Position numbers and translations under genes: made by a program. DNA of 64,000 nucleotides from Paraspadella gotoi (Eukaryota; Animalia; Chaetognatha), in contig CM119268.1 of NCBI GenBank assembly GCA_051294375.1, positions 6,429,462 through 6,493,461 of the forward strand, given 5' to 3'. Each line of letters starts with the position of its first letter. The stretch's first letter is position 1. Below are positions 10,378 to 24,984 of this stretch, one piece after another. Below the pieces are notes generated by a model. That model did no database searches, was not told where the DNA came from, and worked only from the letters and a program-made list of their open reading frames with translations.

Positions 10378-13300
10378 AAAACATCAGTGTAACTTATCCA
10401 CGTTTAGTAACCTCGCCTTTTAGATGACTAGAAAAAAATGAACCAAAAAAACAAAAAAGAAAGAAAATTGTCAGAAAAAAAAAAAAACCAACAACAAAAA
10501 CACTATTTCGCAACATAATTTTAATTAGGACCGTTCTACATCGATAATAACTTAACGCTAAGCGACGCCATAAGTGAGGTGCGTCCGTCCGTTCGTCTGA
10601 CCGAAGTCGATCGTTCAGACTGTCGAACGTAATCGCGCCAACCAAATTCGCGTCGGATTCGAAGATCTCCGTCAGCGCCCGGCGCCATCTCTGAAGATCT
10701 CAAACGCGACGGTTCCGTTTTCGAGGATTCCATCTCCGCCGAATTCATCTCCGCCGATTTCCGTCTGCGGCACACCTCACAAACTCACGCGGTCACCTTT
10801 GTTGTTCCATTGGTCATTGGTCCATTGTCATTGTTGTCATTTCACTTGTTAAAATTAAAGTGGTCAGCGAAAGACAGGACCGCGCGAACCCAGAGGGAAT
10901 AGAGGGAAGGAAGCTCCCCGTTTTATTATTACGAGGTTTTCGGCAAAACAAAACAAAAAAACATACATATAGAAAATTCAAAACTCGAAATTCAATTTGC
11001 ATTTTTTGTTTGTAAAGCGAAAAGATTTGTCGGACTGGTTAGGATCATTCATCATCAATCAACATGACAAAATCATAGTTATCTTGACAAGATCATCCTA
11101 ATGACCAATCGTCATTTTTCATAATCACTTGATTTATCAACCTGAAGCTGTGAGACGTTCAATTAGTCGCCTTTTTTAGCATTCATTTAATATTTTCCGT
11201 TAATCAATTCTTCGGCTGAGTAGTGTCTCAACCTCAAAAATACGCAATAATTAAAGTTTGGGTTTGAAAAAATTGGGTTAAAAAATTAATTGTATTTTTA
11301 TTAAATTACAATAATCTCATATCCAGTACCTTGGCAAACATCTTTTTCAAGTCTGAGTACTTTGGATGGGGAACAGTCAAAGCTTTTGTTCGTTTTTTTG
11401 AGGTCTAGGAAAGTCCATGGAATAGGAAATGATAATTAAAAGTGGACCAATGAACGTCTATTTGTTCGAATTAAACATACTTATACAATCAATATGTATT
11501 TTGTTATTTAGTTTGAATTTTTCGTATATATTCTAACTGAATTCTTCACATAGGCTTCCCAGCTTCGAATGACAGGAATCGGGGTTATTTGAGGATGCAA
11601 AAGATTCTATATAAGATAACACGAGTAACTTTGTTAAATTGTAAGGTGAAGTTAAATATTTATCAATGCCCATATTTGCACTCTTCTCAGCTTTTGGAAT
11701 CATCACTCTTATTATAGTTATGAATTCATAAGTAAAAACCTATCCCTAACCTAATCGGGACTAAACGTCAAACCTTTCAGAAACTCGCTCAAACGAAAAA
11801 ACTGGAAAACACTTCGATGCTTCTTATCAATGGAACTATCGATAACTCACCTTCAAACTTTCCCCAATTTTTCTCTGTTTCAGAAGCGACCTCCTGGATG
11901 CGAGGGACCGATAACTCGCTCTGCGTGAAGAATCTTGGATCTGGGGAGACGAAGATCAGAGCCTCTAAAGGACGCCGGGTTCGGACGAGGCGGAGGTCAG
12001 GGGTACTGTACAAGACCGTGCGTACACCTGACGATGAAGGGTAAGGAATGACGTGAGACGCGGATCGAGGAGGGTAAGTGTCGGGACTAGACATTAAGAC
12101 GCGAGGGTAGGATGAGAAACGTTTTGCCGCTAGAGGGCTGAAAAGGGTGCGCGTCGGAGGTATTAACCGTCACTAGTACTTGGGAATAGAAATGATAAGG
12201 GTCGGAATGTACGCCAGAAGTCGCTGAGCAGGTTCGAATAACGTCGCTCATCCTTCGAGAGGCGCTGGGTCGGGAAGACTCGCGGACTATAAAGATCTAG
12301 ACGACCTACTACAAACCGCCGCTCTTCGTTTTCCGGTCGAGAACTGTCGCGGCCGCCGTCGCCGTTTTCGCGCGTCGTTAGATCAATGACGTCGTCCTCT
12401 GCGTCGTCGGAGAGTCACTGCGACGACTTCGGTGACGCCCACCGAACCGCTACCGCGACGCCGGCGGTCGTGGCGGCGGGCGCCGACGCCGGGAAACAAT
12501 TCCGAGTTGGCAGAAAAAATGTCGTTGATCTTCGTTTTAGGGCCGAAGATGCGCGAAGGGAACGATCGGCCGATTCGGCGGCGATGCTAAAACGATATGA
12601 GGTGATTGGCGGAAAACGCGATATGATTGCCGGGACGCCGAAATTGAGACTCGTCGAAATTCGCCGAGTTTGACTAGATCCGGAGTTGGTATAACACCTG
12701 GGCTGATTAAGCGCCGGCGGGATGAGCGCGATGATGACCCTGCGGCGGTCGATTGGCGCGCGGACATCCGGATAGACTTCGGTTGGGAAGTTGTGTTGGC
12801 CCGTCACGTGACGTTCGCCGTTGCATCCCAGGAGTTCGGACATTCTGGAGGGGAAAGGCGCGGGAAGCGGATGGAGTGGCATCGGTTTTTTCGAACGATT
12901 GGAATCATTGATTCATCATTTAATATAAAATAATAATATTTAAAAAATTATTATAACATCGAACCTCAATTCGACGTGATTTTGTCTGCGGGACGGTGGC
13001 CCGATCGGCCCACGGGCAGCGGGAAAGCTCCCGTGCGAAAGCGTAGTTGCCCCGACACACAGCTGTCCGCTGCCCGCACTCCCTGAAATCAAAACGATTC
13101 AGGATAATATGTTCTTGATTTTTTAAAAAAAATATTTTCCCAAGATTGTTTTATCCCGGAGAGTCGGACATTGAATCAATTCTCCTTCTGATTTGGATGT
13201 TTTTCGAAGACGATTTACCGTTCCTGTCAGGTGAGGGTCATGATATTTGTAAACTATTTTTAAATGACAATGACCAACAAAAAAGCGTTTGACATCCCGC

Positions 13301-16300
13301 GACTTACAGAATCTGATAGGAAAGCGAACGCCTGAATTTTTCACGTAGATTCTAGATTGTCCCTCTTTGAGGCCTTTTAAATTGAAAATCGCAAGATGTA
13401 CCTTGGTTTTACTATTATAGACCTAAATATATATCAATATATTATTATTAATATAATATTGTTTGTATGTTATTACGTGTAAATACTAATGGAGGCCTTT
13501 AAACCACCAAGCCTCTCCCAAAAGTCGGGGCAAGAATATCTTAATTATAAAATTATGAATGGAAAATTTTTATATTGGTTTGTACCAATTTCATTATGCC
13601 AATATGTCAATAATTATATAATATCGTTGTTTTCTAATTAGATATTTGATTGATGTTATAAATTGTATATAAATTAGATGTTATAATGACGTATATATTT
13701 ATTTATCTTTATATTTTATTTATATTTATATAATTCTATCATAACGTTTTTAAAACGAAATACTCACCTTTCTTTTCGAAAGAGATCAGTGAATTATCTC
13801 CCAAAGTTGTGAGTGGTTCCTTGTCATTCGGAGCTTATGAAAAAAAATTCAGTTTTACATTCAGGTATCTACGTTAAACTTTTTAAACTTTTATTACCTA
13901 AATGATTTATACGGTCGTGTCGAAGCTGAAAATAAAAAACAATAAAAATATTATAAAGTCTGCATAATACTACACTATTAGTCAATTATATCAAATAACA
14001 ATAATTCGGTAAAGGCAGCTCACCCAGTGAAAGGGACGAACGGTAATTGAGAACTCATAGGGAGATAAGAAAGGGTGAGGAGGGAACGACGATGAAGCCG
14101 CCGGCCGCCGAGAGCGGGTAAGTTCGCTCCGGAGATGGAAAGTTGAAGTCTATCGCCGGAAACGAGGGTGACGGGCGTAGGGGGCGTGGCCGTCGACGTC
14201 TTCGTGTCGTCTGCATCGTCGATCCGACGACGACGACAGCTTGCGGTGACTTACGTCGCCGCTCTGCAGCGGCGACGGCAAGAGACGCTGCGCCGACGGG
14301 AGACGGGTCGAAATGAGGATCGGCAGGTGTTGTGATGTAGCGGGCGGCTGCTGTTGCTGCGATGGTCTCGTAGCGGCATCGACGCCGCGGACGGAGAAAG
14401 GCGACGGCGGTTCGACGCCGACTTTCTCGTTTCTCCGATTTATCTCGGCGGCCGCGGCGTCAATCGGCGCCTTCTCCGCCGACGATTTCACCGTGAGATC
14501 GAAGACGGCTTGAGGCGACGGCGATGGCGTCGGCGGCGCGTGGGCGAACGCCTCCGCTCCGGCGACGGTGTTCAAAACGATCCCCGGAAACGCGCACGTC
14601 TGGTCAGATTGTCGGCCTGGAGAGCGTCGGGAAGCGTCAACGTCGATCGGTGGACTCGCGTCGGATCTTTCTCGGCCGACACGGCGGGTAAGGCCGGCGC
14701 CGGAACGGCTCGTGGCAGCATCGAGCGGTAGAGGGAAAGGACGACGCGGGCGAAGCCGTCGCGAGACGCGTCGAAAGGGCGATAGTGTGAATCGAGAGTG
14801 TGAAGTATGTGGATCTGTGGGTAGAAGCATTCGTGGGCAACTGAGTGGGGTGAGTCGAGAGAGCGTCGAGTGGAGAGTTTCGTGTGGGCGCGAGTAGAAG
14901 AGTTCTCTCGGTGCCGGGTTGATGCGGAAGTGATGGATGAAGAGAGGCCGGTTGGAGCGGCTTGTCGAGTGGAGCGAGAGAGGTCGGGTCGAGTCCTCCG
15001 TCGAGGTTTTGCGTCGGGGAGAATTTCGCGCGGAGACGAGGCTTTCGCTTCGATAATTTTCTTTCGAGTGACGGGATGAGATCCTTTGAAATGGAGTTTT
15101 ACTCAGTTTGAAAATAGAATCGACGTGGTATAATCATACTGTTAACATTGTCCTACATTGTTACATAGTTTTCTATATTGCTCGTTTATGTCCTATTTCT
15201 ACGTTGTCCGACATTATGGTCATTGTCCTCTTTTGTCCTTCTACATTGGTCCTACATTAACCTACACATTCGCCAAACCTGAGATCCTTGGGTTCCACTT
15301 GATCGTCGACTTTTCATTTCGTCCGTCCGTCGTCTTCATCCTCTACAGTTTCCCCGCGTCGCTCGTCGTCGTCCGTCGCGTCGTTGTGGTCGTCGTTGTG
15401 ACATCTCCTCCCTCGTGTACGTTGAAACAGAAAAGTTGCCTAACAACAATTGACTTCTTTGTCCGCAAGTGTCCATCCATAATTTTTTAATTTTTTGCTA
15501 TACAATATTTTCATAGTTTTTCATCGTTTCTTTTCTTCAGTAGTAAACGTAAAAAAAATTAAAACTTCCGGGGTCCTTTAATATTTCATATTTTCTTTTT
15601 CAATATCTCTGTAACAGTATAAATAAATAATAATTAATAAATAAATAATAAATAAAATAAATAAATAAACCCAATCAATCCAATCAATCAATCAATAAAA
15701 TCAATAAACTCAATAATAAAATAAATAAATAAATAATAATAAATACATAACCAATCAATCAATACAATCAATAAATCAATTAATCAATCAATTCATAATA
15801 CTTCAATCAATCAATCAAAAAAGCTTTCCCTCCACTTCCCACCTTCGAAAAGCCACGTGGCTCGTCGACGGATGCTTCGTCCACCCGACTCGAGAGATTG
15901 AGAACTCCGTCATCGTCGTCGTCGTCGTCTTCGTCGTCGACGCCCGAATTGGACTCGCGTTGAAGATAGGTGGCGCGGCGCGGTGGCGGCGCCCTCTCGA
16001 CCGGCAGTGGGGTCGGGGTGGAGTCCCAACGGACTGCGAAAGAGTCTAGATTCTAGAAGATTGACTGGATTTAATTGATTGATTGATCGGATGAATTTGA
16101 TTTTGATTTTTTATATAACTACCTTTGGCTGCCAGAGGACATCCTGAAAGACTCCTGTGCGAGTTCCTGTTGCTGTTCACGTGACCTTTACCGCTGCATC
16201 CTGGAGTCGGGCATCTGACCGAAAAGTTGCAAAAATAAAAGGCTTTCGCCTGATTTTATTTTCTGTTTTCTAAGCGCGTAAACACTCTGTGCGGTTGTCC

Positions 16301-18149
16301 GAGTACCGACAGTTGCTCTACTCGTCTCCATTACAGAGCGAGCACCATCAAGTAGATTAGCATAACTTTTAGCTCCCAGACGTAACCGCCTTAGCTTTCA
16401 GGAATCAAGACTTGCATTCTATTTCGGCACTTTGTAGGGGTTAGATGAGTGCTTAGATGAATATATTATTTATTGGCATCAAAATGAAGTAATTTTTTAT
16501 TAGTTAACGAAAGTTATTGAAGCTTACTTGAAAAATTTGACCAAAAAATGAACATAATTTTAGTCTTTAAAAATGAGAAATGTATCTAAAATACAGTACT
16601 TTTTTGCAATCTTGAAGATGAAACCGGTTATAATTTGATTTCGACAACAATAACTTTTACTTTTTCTTTTTAGTTTTTAAAAAGTTGTGAGCAAATAGCC
16701 GCTAACTAAATTTTGGAAAAACAAATACATATCAAAACAATTATAGCTCAAGATAGGAACACATTTGTAACCATAATGTTAAATTCTAATAAAAAGATTG
16801 AATAAAATGTCAAAGGCTAGCTCCAGCACATAACCCCGGAAGACTCACTTGAGCACTTGTTCGTAGAGCGCACGATCTCGGGCGCGCACCTTCGCTTTGC
16901 GTGGGCATCCGGAGAGACTCCGGTGGTGGGAGTAGAGGCCGGTCACGTGACCGGGTCCGTCAATCCCGGCGCCGGGCATTTCCCGCCGTCGCGATCTGAG
17001 GAAAGGGGAAGGGAAACTGCGATGAAGAGCGAGGAATGGCAATATGTAGGCAAAAAATATAATCCTATTTTAAAAAGGCTATTTAAGCCACAAAAAAAAA
17101 GGATATTTGTTACCATATTAATACATCCAATATAAAGTAATCAATGTTGCTATTAAATGATGGTATCAGAAAAATATTCGATTCAACCGATGGGAAAGCA
17201 TTAGAGAGCTTCGGACTTCATTTGGTTACTGTGATATTATTACCATGTTTACCAGCGTAAAAAGAACTTTATTTTTAAGATCTATAGTTCGAAAAATTTA
17301 GTTCTCAAAAAAATAATCGCATTTTTAATGATTGAAATATATTAATTGATAAGTTGACCTTTCTTTTGTCTGTGGTGGTGGTTTTCACGCAATCTTTAAC
17401 TTTGTTTTTGTCTTTAGACTTAGCTTTGTTTTGAATGCTCCTGTATGTACTGAATCAACCTTGTTGAATTCGAAAATAAAACGCATAATTGACTTAAGGA
17501 CTAAGGAGGGGACTGCATAAGTTAACCCCGCCTATACCTTCAGTCGTGACCCGACTCCATATATCGCCTCCCGTTTTGGAGGGATAACAACATAGCTGAA
17601 CACTGGAATCTTTCGATCTTTTAAAATCATTTGTATATTAAATCGCTTGTACTTGGCTTACTCCTCAATTAATAAGTATAGCAAAATTTTTTTATGAAAA
17701 TATTTCGGAATTACGACTTGGTTTTTTCTATTTACTTTTTAATTCAAGTTTTATCTATTACTTTATTTAGTTTATCAATGAAATTAATTCATTTAAAGTC
17801 TTATTTTATACAAAAAGACTTGTCCGAAGTTTCCATTCGATCTGGGTCGGAATCCGCATTGCGAGGTGGCAGGGGGAATCTCCTCGGGAAAGTAAGTATC
17901 AGGAAAAGGGAGAAATGCGAGAGATTAAATCAAGATAAGGTATGACGTTTTGACCGACGACGACGGACGACGACGACGATGGGCGGCCGCCGATGAAAGC
18001 TTCAATGCATCCGTTTGTTTTTCTCTTTCTTATTTGCATAACTTTTTTCCCGCGTCCGGTCGTCGTCGACGTCGTCGTCGTCGTCGTCGTCGTCGTGTCG
18101 CTCGTCGTCGTCGTCGTCGTCACTCTCCCTTATTTTTTTGCCCTCAACG

Positions 18150-18206
<57 letters not shown>

Positions 18207-18856
18207 CTCATCTCTCTCTCTCTCTCTCTCTCTCTCCCTTCTTTTGCATAATTTCTTGGTCTGATTGGCCTCGCAGGCATTTCCTGGTTTTTCTCACTTT
18301 ATTGTCCGAGGGATTTAGCGGAGGAGAGAGGGAAGAGGAGGAGGAAGAGGGAGGGAGGGAAAGGGGGGGGAATGGGCGGGAAGGGGCGGGGGAGTAGTTG
18401 GAAGAGGAAGGGAAGGAAGAGGAGGAAGGGGAAGGTATGGAATGGAGGAGAAGAGAGAGGACTGGGTGGGAACAGCGAGAAAATGTGTGGAGTTGAATAT
18501 TAAAAAGAAAATAGGCAGGGGAGGGATGAAAAGCAAAAGTGAGTGGATAGGTGGAAATGTATTATATAAAGAGGGGCAAAGGGCCAAGTCCAAAGGCCAA
18601 GGGAAAAAGGGCAAAGGGGCCAAAGAGCTCAAAGAGGTGTTATTGGAGTAAAGGGAAAATGAGAGGGAAAAGGCATTAGGGAGAAAAATTTTTTAAAAAA
18701 ATGTGCTAACTCTCAGCCGGACCGGACCCTGATTAACGGGTTCATTTTAATTTTTTTTACTCTGGCTTAAAAGTTTATCCTTGACTCTGTGACCAAATGA
18801 ACAAAGGGAGTTAAACAAAACGAATTTTTATAAAAGACAGAGAACTAGAAATTCTG
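10378..18856 (-). other. Indel-riddled tandem copy of about 2254-10336 including the MYT1-like gene; probable long-read gap-fill artefact
   Basis: Colinear with exons and introns of the first copy. Differences are mostly 1-2 nt indels spread through coding and non-coding DNA. It begins just after a 25-N gap (10337-10361). Confidence 0.85.
17812..17882 (-). CDS. Candidate upstream MYT1-like exon (RFPLPPRNADSDPDRMETSDKSF)
   Basis: Long pyrimidine tract then AG, gtataa donor; phase 2 to 1 fits the finger-1 exon. It lies in the noisy copy at the position of the 9509-9884 gap. Confidence 0.45.
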
Positions 18857-18950
18857 GTTCAAGTTTTCAAGTGTAAAGATTAAGAAAGAATGAACAAGGC
18901 AGAGAGTATTTAAAGAAAAATAGAGAGGTTGAGACAGAGAGGATGGGGAG

Positions 18951-19019
<69 letters not shown>

Positions 19020-20308
19020 AGAGAGAGAGGATTGAGGAGAAGGCGAGAGAAAAAAAGACAGTTGATTGCATCAACCAACGCGCCGCGGATTTTTTTTTTC
19101 AACATCTGCATGAATTTGTTTTGTTTTATTCTTTTATCTTCTGGGCAAGTTGATTGTCGACGGCGCGGTCGTCGTTGTTGTCGTCGTTGTTGTCCTCGGA
19201 AATTTAAAATAGTTCAGCCAATGAATATCTACGGATTATCAGTCGCGCGATGGCGCCTCGGAAAATAAAAATAATAAAGAAAAGAACCGAAGCGAGAGAC
19301 GGGAAAATGAAAAAAAAAGGAATATCGCTGGAAAACTGTGAAAATGAGTGAGGGAAAAAGTGTGAGAGGAAAATTGTGAGAAACGGAGATTAAAATTCTA
19401 GATATTCGTCAAAAAAACAAAGAGAGGGAAGGAGAGAGAGAGAGAGAGAGAGAGAGAGNNNNNNNNNNGAGCGTCCGCATTAAAAAGTCCGCATAAAAAG
19501 TCCGGGACCTCGACGGACGGCCACTTGTCAACACAATTTCATCAGCGGAAAGGGAGGGAGANNNNNNNNNNNNNNNNNNNNNNNNNNNNNNNNNNNNNNN
19601 NNNNNNNNNNNNNNNNNNNNNNNNNNNNNNNNNNNNNNNNNNNNNNNNNNNNNNNNNNNNNNNNNNNNNNNNNNNNNNNNNNNNNNNNNNNNNNNNNNNN
19701 NNAAAAAAGGAAAAAACAAACAGGAGCGACGATGGACTGGGACATCAGATTACGGCTTTCCCGCTAATGAAGGAAGAATGAGATAAAAAATTTTTAAAAA
19801 TGAATTAAATGAAAAAAAAGAATGGAGTTAGAATAAAAAAAAGAAAGAAAGAAAAAAAGTCATGAAATTAAAATGGCGGACGAAGGAAGTTGAACGAGGA
19901 AAAATTCTAATACGAAGAATTTTTTTTTCTCTTTCGTCATGAATATTATTGGACGCTTAACTAATTTAGGTCTTTTCGGTATGTTCCGAGGACAAGATGC
20001 TTCTCAGGGAAATGTCTTTAAGGTTTATTTAAAGCGGTCGGTCGGTCTTTTTCTTGGTCTGTCTTCTGTCTAGATATGAAAGTCTTTTCGATCCGTCCTA
20101 ATTTGTTCTCCTGACGAATCCATTATGTAGTTAACAAGTTATAATCTATTAACGCATTAGCTTAATTAAATTACTTGATTGTTTCGTGTTAATTTTACAT
20201 ACACATACTTTTGTTTTGATAAATTACCATATTTGCCTAAACTTATAGTATAAAACTATGGACAGAAAGGCTGGGAAGGAAACAATAAAATACTTAAGAA
20301 AAAAAGAG

Positions 20309-20358
<50 letters not shown>

Positions 20359-20689
20359 TCAATAAAAAAAAGAAAAGAGAGAGAGAGAGTGAGAGAGAGA
20401 ACGAGAAAGAGAGAAGGAAGAAAGGAACAACAAGAAATTTATGAGGAGGAATGAAAGCCGTTGGGGAGAGGAAAAGGAGGAGGAAGAGGAGGAAGAGGAG
20501 GCGAAGGAGGAGGAGGAAAAAGCGCGAGGTGGTATTATGATGAATTATCACAACTATTTCTCTTCCTCACACTTTTATCTTGAATCATTTTTTTTCAAAG
20601 ATAAAAACAAAACATTGTTATTGGTGTGAGGAAGGAAGGAGAGGAGGGAAAAAACTCTACGGCGAGGATGAGAGAGGGAGAGAAGGAGA

Positions 20690-21480
20690 GAAGGGAGGAA
20701 GAAAGAGAATGAGAGGAAAGAGAGAATGAGAAAGGAAAAGGAAAAAAGGAAAGGAGGGAGAAAGAGAATGAGAGGAGAGAGAGAATGAGAAAGGAATAGG
20801 AAAAGAAGGGAGAAAGAGAATGAGAGGAAAGAGAGAATGAGAAAGGNNNNNNNNNNNNNNNNNNNNNNNNNNNNNNNNNNNNNNNNNNNNNNNNNNNNNN
20901 NNNNNNNNNNNNNNNNNNNNNNNNNNNNNNNNNNNNNNNNNNNNNNNNNNNNNNNNNNNNNNNNNNNNNNNNNNNNNNNNNNNNNNNNNNNNNNNNNNNN
21001 NNNNNNNNNNNNNNNNNNNNNNNNNNNNNNNNNNNNNNNNNNNNNNNNNNNNNNNNNNNNNNNNNNNNNNNNNNNNNNNNNNNNNNNNNNNNNNNNNNNN
21101 NNNNNNNNNNNNNNNNNNNNNNNNNNNNNNNNNATGATAGGAAAGAGCGAATGAGAAAGGAAAAAGGAAAAAATGAAAAGAAGGGAGAAAGAGAATGATA
21201 GGAAAGAGCGAATGAGAAAGGAAAAAGGAAAAAAGGATAAAGAGAGAGAAAGAGAATGAGAGGAAAGAGAGAATGAGAAAGGAAAAAGGAAAAAAGGAAA
21301 AAGAGAGAGAAAGAGAATGAGAGGAAAGAGAGAATGAGAAAGGAAAAAGGAAAAAAGGAAAAAGAGAGAGAAAGAGAATGAGAGGAAAGAGAGAATGAGA
21401 AAGGAAAAAGGAAAAAAGGAAAAAGAGAGAGAAAGAGAATGAGAGGAAAGAGCGAATGAGAAAGATAAAAGGAAAAAATG
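20690..21480. repeat. Purine-rich minisatellite, about 61-bp period, spanning a gap
   Basis: Lines starting 21301, 21361 and 21421 repeat with a 1-nt offset (gagagaaagagaatgagaggaaagagagaatgagaaaggaaaaagg...). Confidence 0.85.
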
Positions 21481-23107
21481 AAAAGTAGGGAAAAGAGACA
21501 GAACGAGATCAGAAACCATCAAGTTAAAGTTAAATATCAACGAATTCAAGAATCTCTCGTTGAATTGTATTGTCTTAATTAAAAAATAAAAAAAAAACAA
21601 AGAAAAAAAAACAGAACAAAACAAAATAACTTTTCAATCTACCCGTAACTTGAGCCTCCATTGCATAAAAACCTAAAATTTTTCGGAAATAATTCTTTAA
21701 TCTTTTTTTAAGATCACCGATTATGCCGTTCCTATGCAAAGTTATAATAAATTCAGAACACGTAAGCAGGTACGATCACAAGCTATATGAAAAATAACTA
21801 ACTCCAGTTTCGATCAATATTTTTTTAAGTGAGATCTTTGTAAATACCGCCTTCTGGCCTGAGAACTACTTTCAGAGTCATAACCTCTTTGCTGCCCGCG
21901 TTTGATGTGAGAAAGTCATCGGACGAACTCACATCTTATTCCGTTATCAACCTCATTTTAGACAAGGGTAGCCGCACCCAATACGGTGACTCAAAAATTT
22001 AACAAGTTGTCAACACAAAGTATAATTCTTTTTTTAAATACTTTTATGATAAGTAGGTTAAAAATATAAAAAAAACACACGAAAAAATCAACGTTATCAT
22101 CATCTTTCGATGATTTTATCAGTTTTTTTTTTATTTTCACTGAGAAAACGTAAGAATTTTTCAAAACTGTAATTATATTTCTTGTTTAACTTTTTATGCT
22201 CTATCAGTATCCATCAAAATTTTTTTTTCTTCTATATAGTAATATAATAATTTTAATTAGGCGAGTACCCTCAGAATAAATCATTTTTGACAAAAAATAT
22301 TTTAATACTATAATCTATGCTCATGATAGATTATTTTAACGCTGTATACATTAGCATTTAAATTTCATTTAGTTTTTCCACGACTTTTTGTCCGTAAAAA
22401 CAAGTTTGAGCAAACAATGTCGGATCTGCCCACGATCATTATCGGTAATTAATTAATTAATAATTAAATAATTACTGTTGTCGACCAACCCCATGAGATT
22501 TCCTTGATTATTTGTTCTCGTTTGCTAAGGTGGGACGGAAAGACAGACAGACAGACAGAAAGACAGACCGACAGACAGACAGACAGACATACAGACGGAC
22601 GGACGGACGGACGGACGGACAGACATACGGACGTTCACTTCCTCTTCAGGATCTTCAGATGAGACATTTGTATGTTAACTCATGAATCTAAGTAGTAAAT
22701 ATGTAACAAATGGAGATTTTTCGACTACGATCTGTCAAAATCTCTTCGCTCTGGTATTTTCATTTTGAAATCCGTCGCCTTTCAAAACAAATGTTGTTCT
22801 TTCCCTTCGAACTCACCTCTTCGTCCCCGCCATCCACGAACTCATTCTCCTAACCTCCCCCCGGCTCTCCTCCCACCTCCCACCTCCCGGGCCCAACCGT
22901 TTTGCCAACTCCGTCATTTCCACCGGCGGGATTCGAGNNNNNNNNNNNNNNNNNNNNNNNNNNNNNNNNNNNNNNNNNNNNNNNNNNNNNNNNNNNNNNN
23001 NNNNNNNNNNNNNNNNNGAGAGGAAGAGAGAGAGAGAAAGAGGGAAAAGTGATACTGGGAGAGAGAAGAAGTATTTTCTTCGTAGCTGATAAGACAAAGA
23101 ATGAGAG

Positions 23108-23156
<49 letters not shown>

Positions 23157-23294
23157 GGAAAAGTGATACTGGGAAAGAGAGAAGAAGTATAAATTGCTTT
23201 AAATTGTATAATGTACGTACATATAAGTCAGCCATAATTCAAGGGCAAATTAATCGTGATGTATTTGCCCTGTTTACCTAAGAGAAAGAGATAG

Positions 23295-23373
<79 letters not shown>

Positions 23374-24914
23374 GAGAGAAATGAGAAAAAGAAAAGAAAA
23401 AGTCGAGGTGAAACAGAAGGAAACATAAGGAGTAAAGAGATAAGAGATAAAAGAATTTCTTGAAGATTTAAGACCCGCAACTCGTGGAGGGCTGAGGAGG
23501 GGGGGCAAAGGGGGGGGGCGAAGAAGCTCTACCGGGATTCTTTCTTCGTCGCTTACAGATTATCCTAATATTTTACAGAGATATACATTTGCTTCTTATT
23601 TAAATAGATAACAGAGAAAGCTTTTAAATAGATACATGGTTTATTGAAAAGATAGACAAATGACAAATAATAATTCGAATATAAGATTGTTTGATGGCTA
23701 TCAACTGACAATGGCGCGTCAGGAAATTCGGTATTAACTTGGAATGTACAATTGTACAACCAATATAGGCTAATTATCTTGCCTCTTGACTTTGGTTATT
23801 GTTATTGTCTTCCTCTTACAAAATATTAACATAGCAAGTCCTTGCTATTACAGTCAAGATAGATCTTTCGAAGGTTTTTTACATTAGGTTCTTTGACCGT
23901 CCGATTTTAAAAGTTACTGCTCATCTTACACTTTCTATAAAGTTTCTGTCGCAACAAGATATGAGAACGAAAGGAAGATTAAATGGGTTTATCTGTTGGC
24001 GCGAAGAAAATAAGAGATTTTCACTTTGATGAAGAAAAGAGAAAATAATGAAAAGCGGAGGAAGATTAAGAGAAAAGGAAAGAAAAAAAGGGAAAAAGAA
24101 AAAGAGAAAAGGGAAAAAAAAGAGAAAAGGAAAGAAAAAGAAAACGGAGAGACAGAGAGAGAGAGAGACGAAAAGATTCGAGAGACAAGATTAATAAAAG
24201 GAATTAGTGGCAGCAAATGAGTAGAAATGGCTGATCAACTCCCGATGAAATTGAAGAAATGATTAAAAAAAGAAATACGAGGGAAAAGAAAAAAAAGAAA
24301 GAAAGAAAAAAAAACCGAGAAATTAAACGAAGACAAATTTTTATTTATTTTTTTTTTGAGCGACGAAAGTCATTAGTTTTGACGAGAACAACAAATCTTC
24401 GCAAAAGTAAACAAAAGAAAAAGAAAGAGAAAGAAATCACAAAATATTTGCAATGAACACTTGAATTTACTTTAATAAAAAGTAAACCTTAGAATATTGG
24501 TTAATGGTTATGGTTATGTTATTGGGTTTATTTTGTTATGTTATTTTAAGTTATGTTCTTACGTTATTTAGCTATAGTAATATATTAAGCAAATTAGAAA
24601 GGCAGAGAGAGCACTATCACTGAAGATGCAACCATATGAAGAAGTAACAAATTATATCGCCCTACTGTTACATAAATAAATATATATATATATATATAAG
24701 TTATAACTAAATAGAAAAAAAAGAAAAACGTAAAATTTGGTAATTGTTATTCATAAAGACGCAAAATCTACAACTCATATAAAGACAACAACAACTTGAA
24801 TGCCGGAATCAAAAACAACGACGACGACGACGACGACGACACGACGACGGACGGGACCGGCAGCCGCCCTGGGTTTTGTTTTTTCATCAGCCCCAACACG
24901 CGCCTCCCCGCCTC

Positions 24915-24984
<70 letters not shown>

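Noticed and set aside
11789-17135. ORF-track fragments resembling MYT1 pieces, suggesting a second paralogue or pseudogene
   Set aside because: Indel pattern and 25-N junction indicate an uncorrected read copy of the same locus
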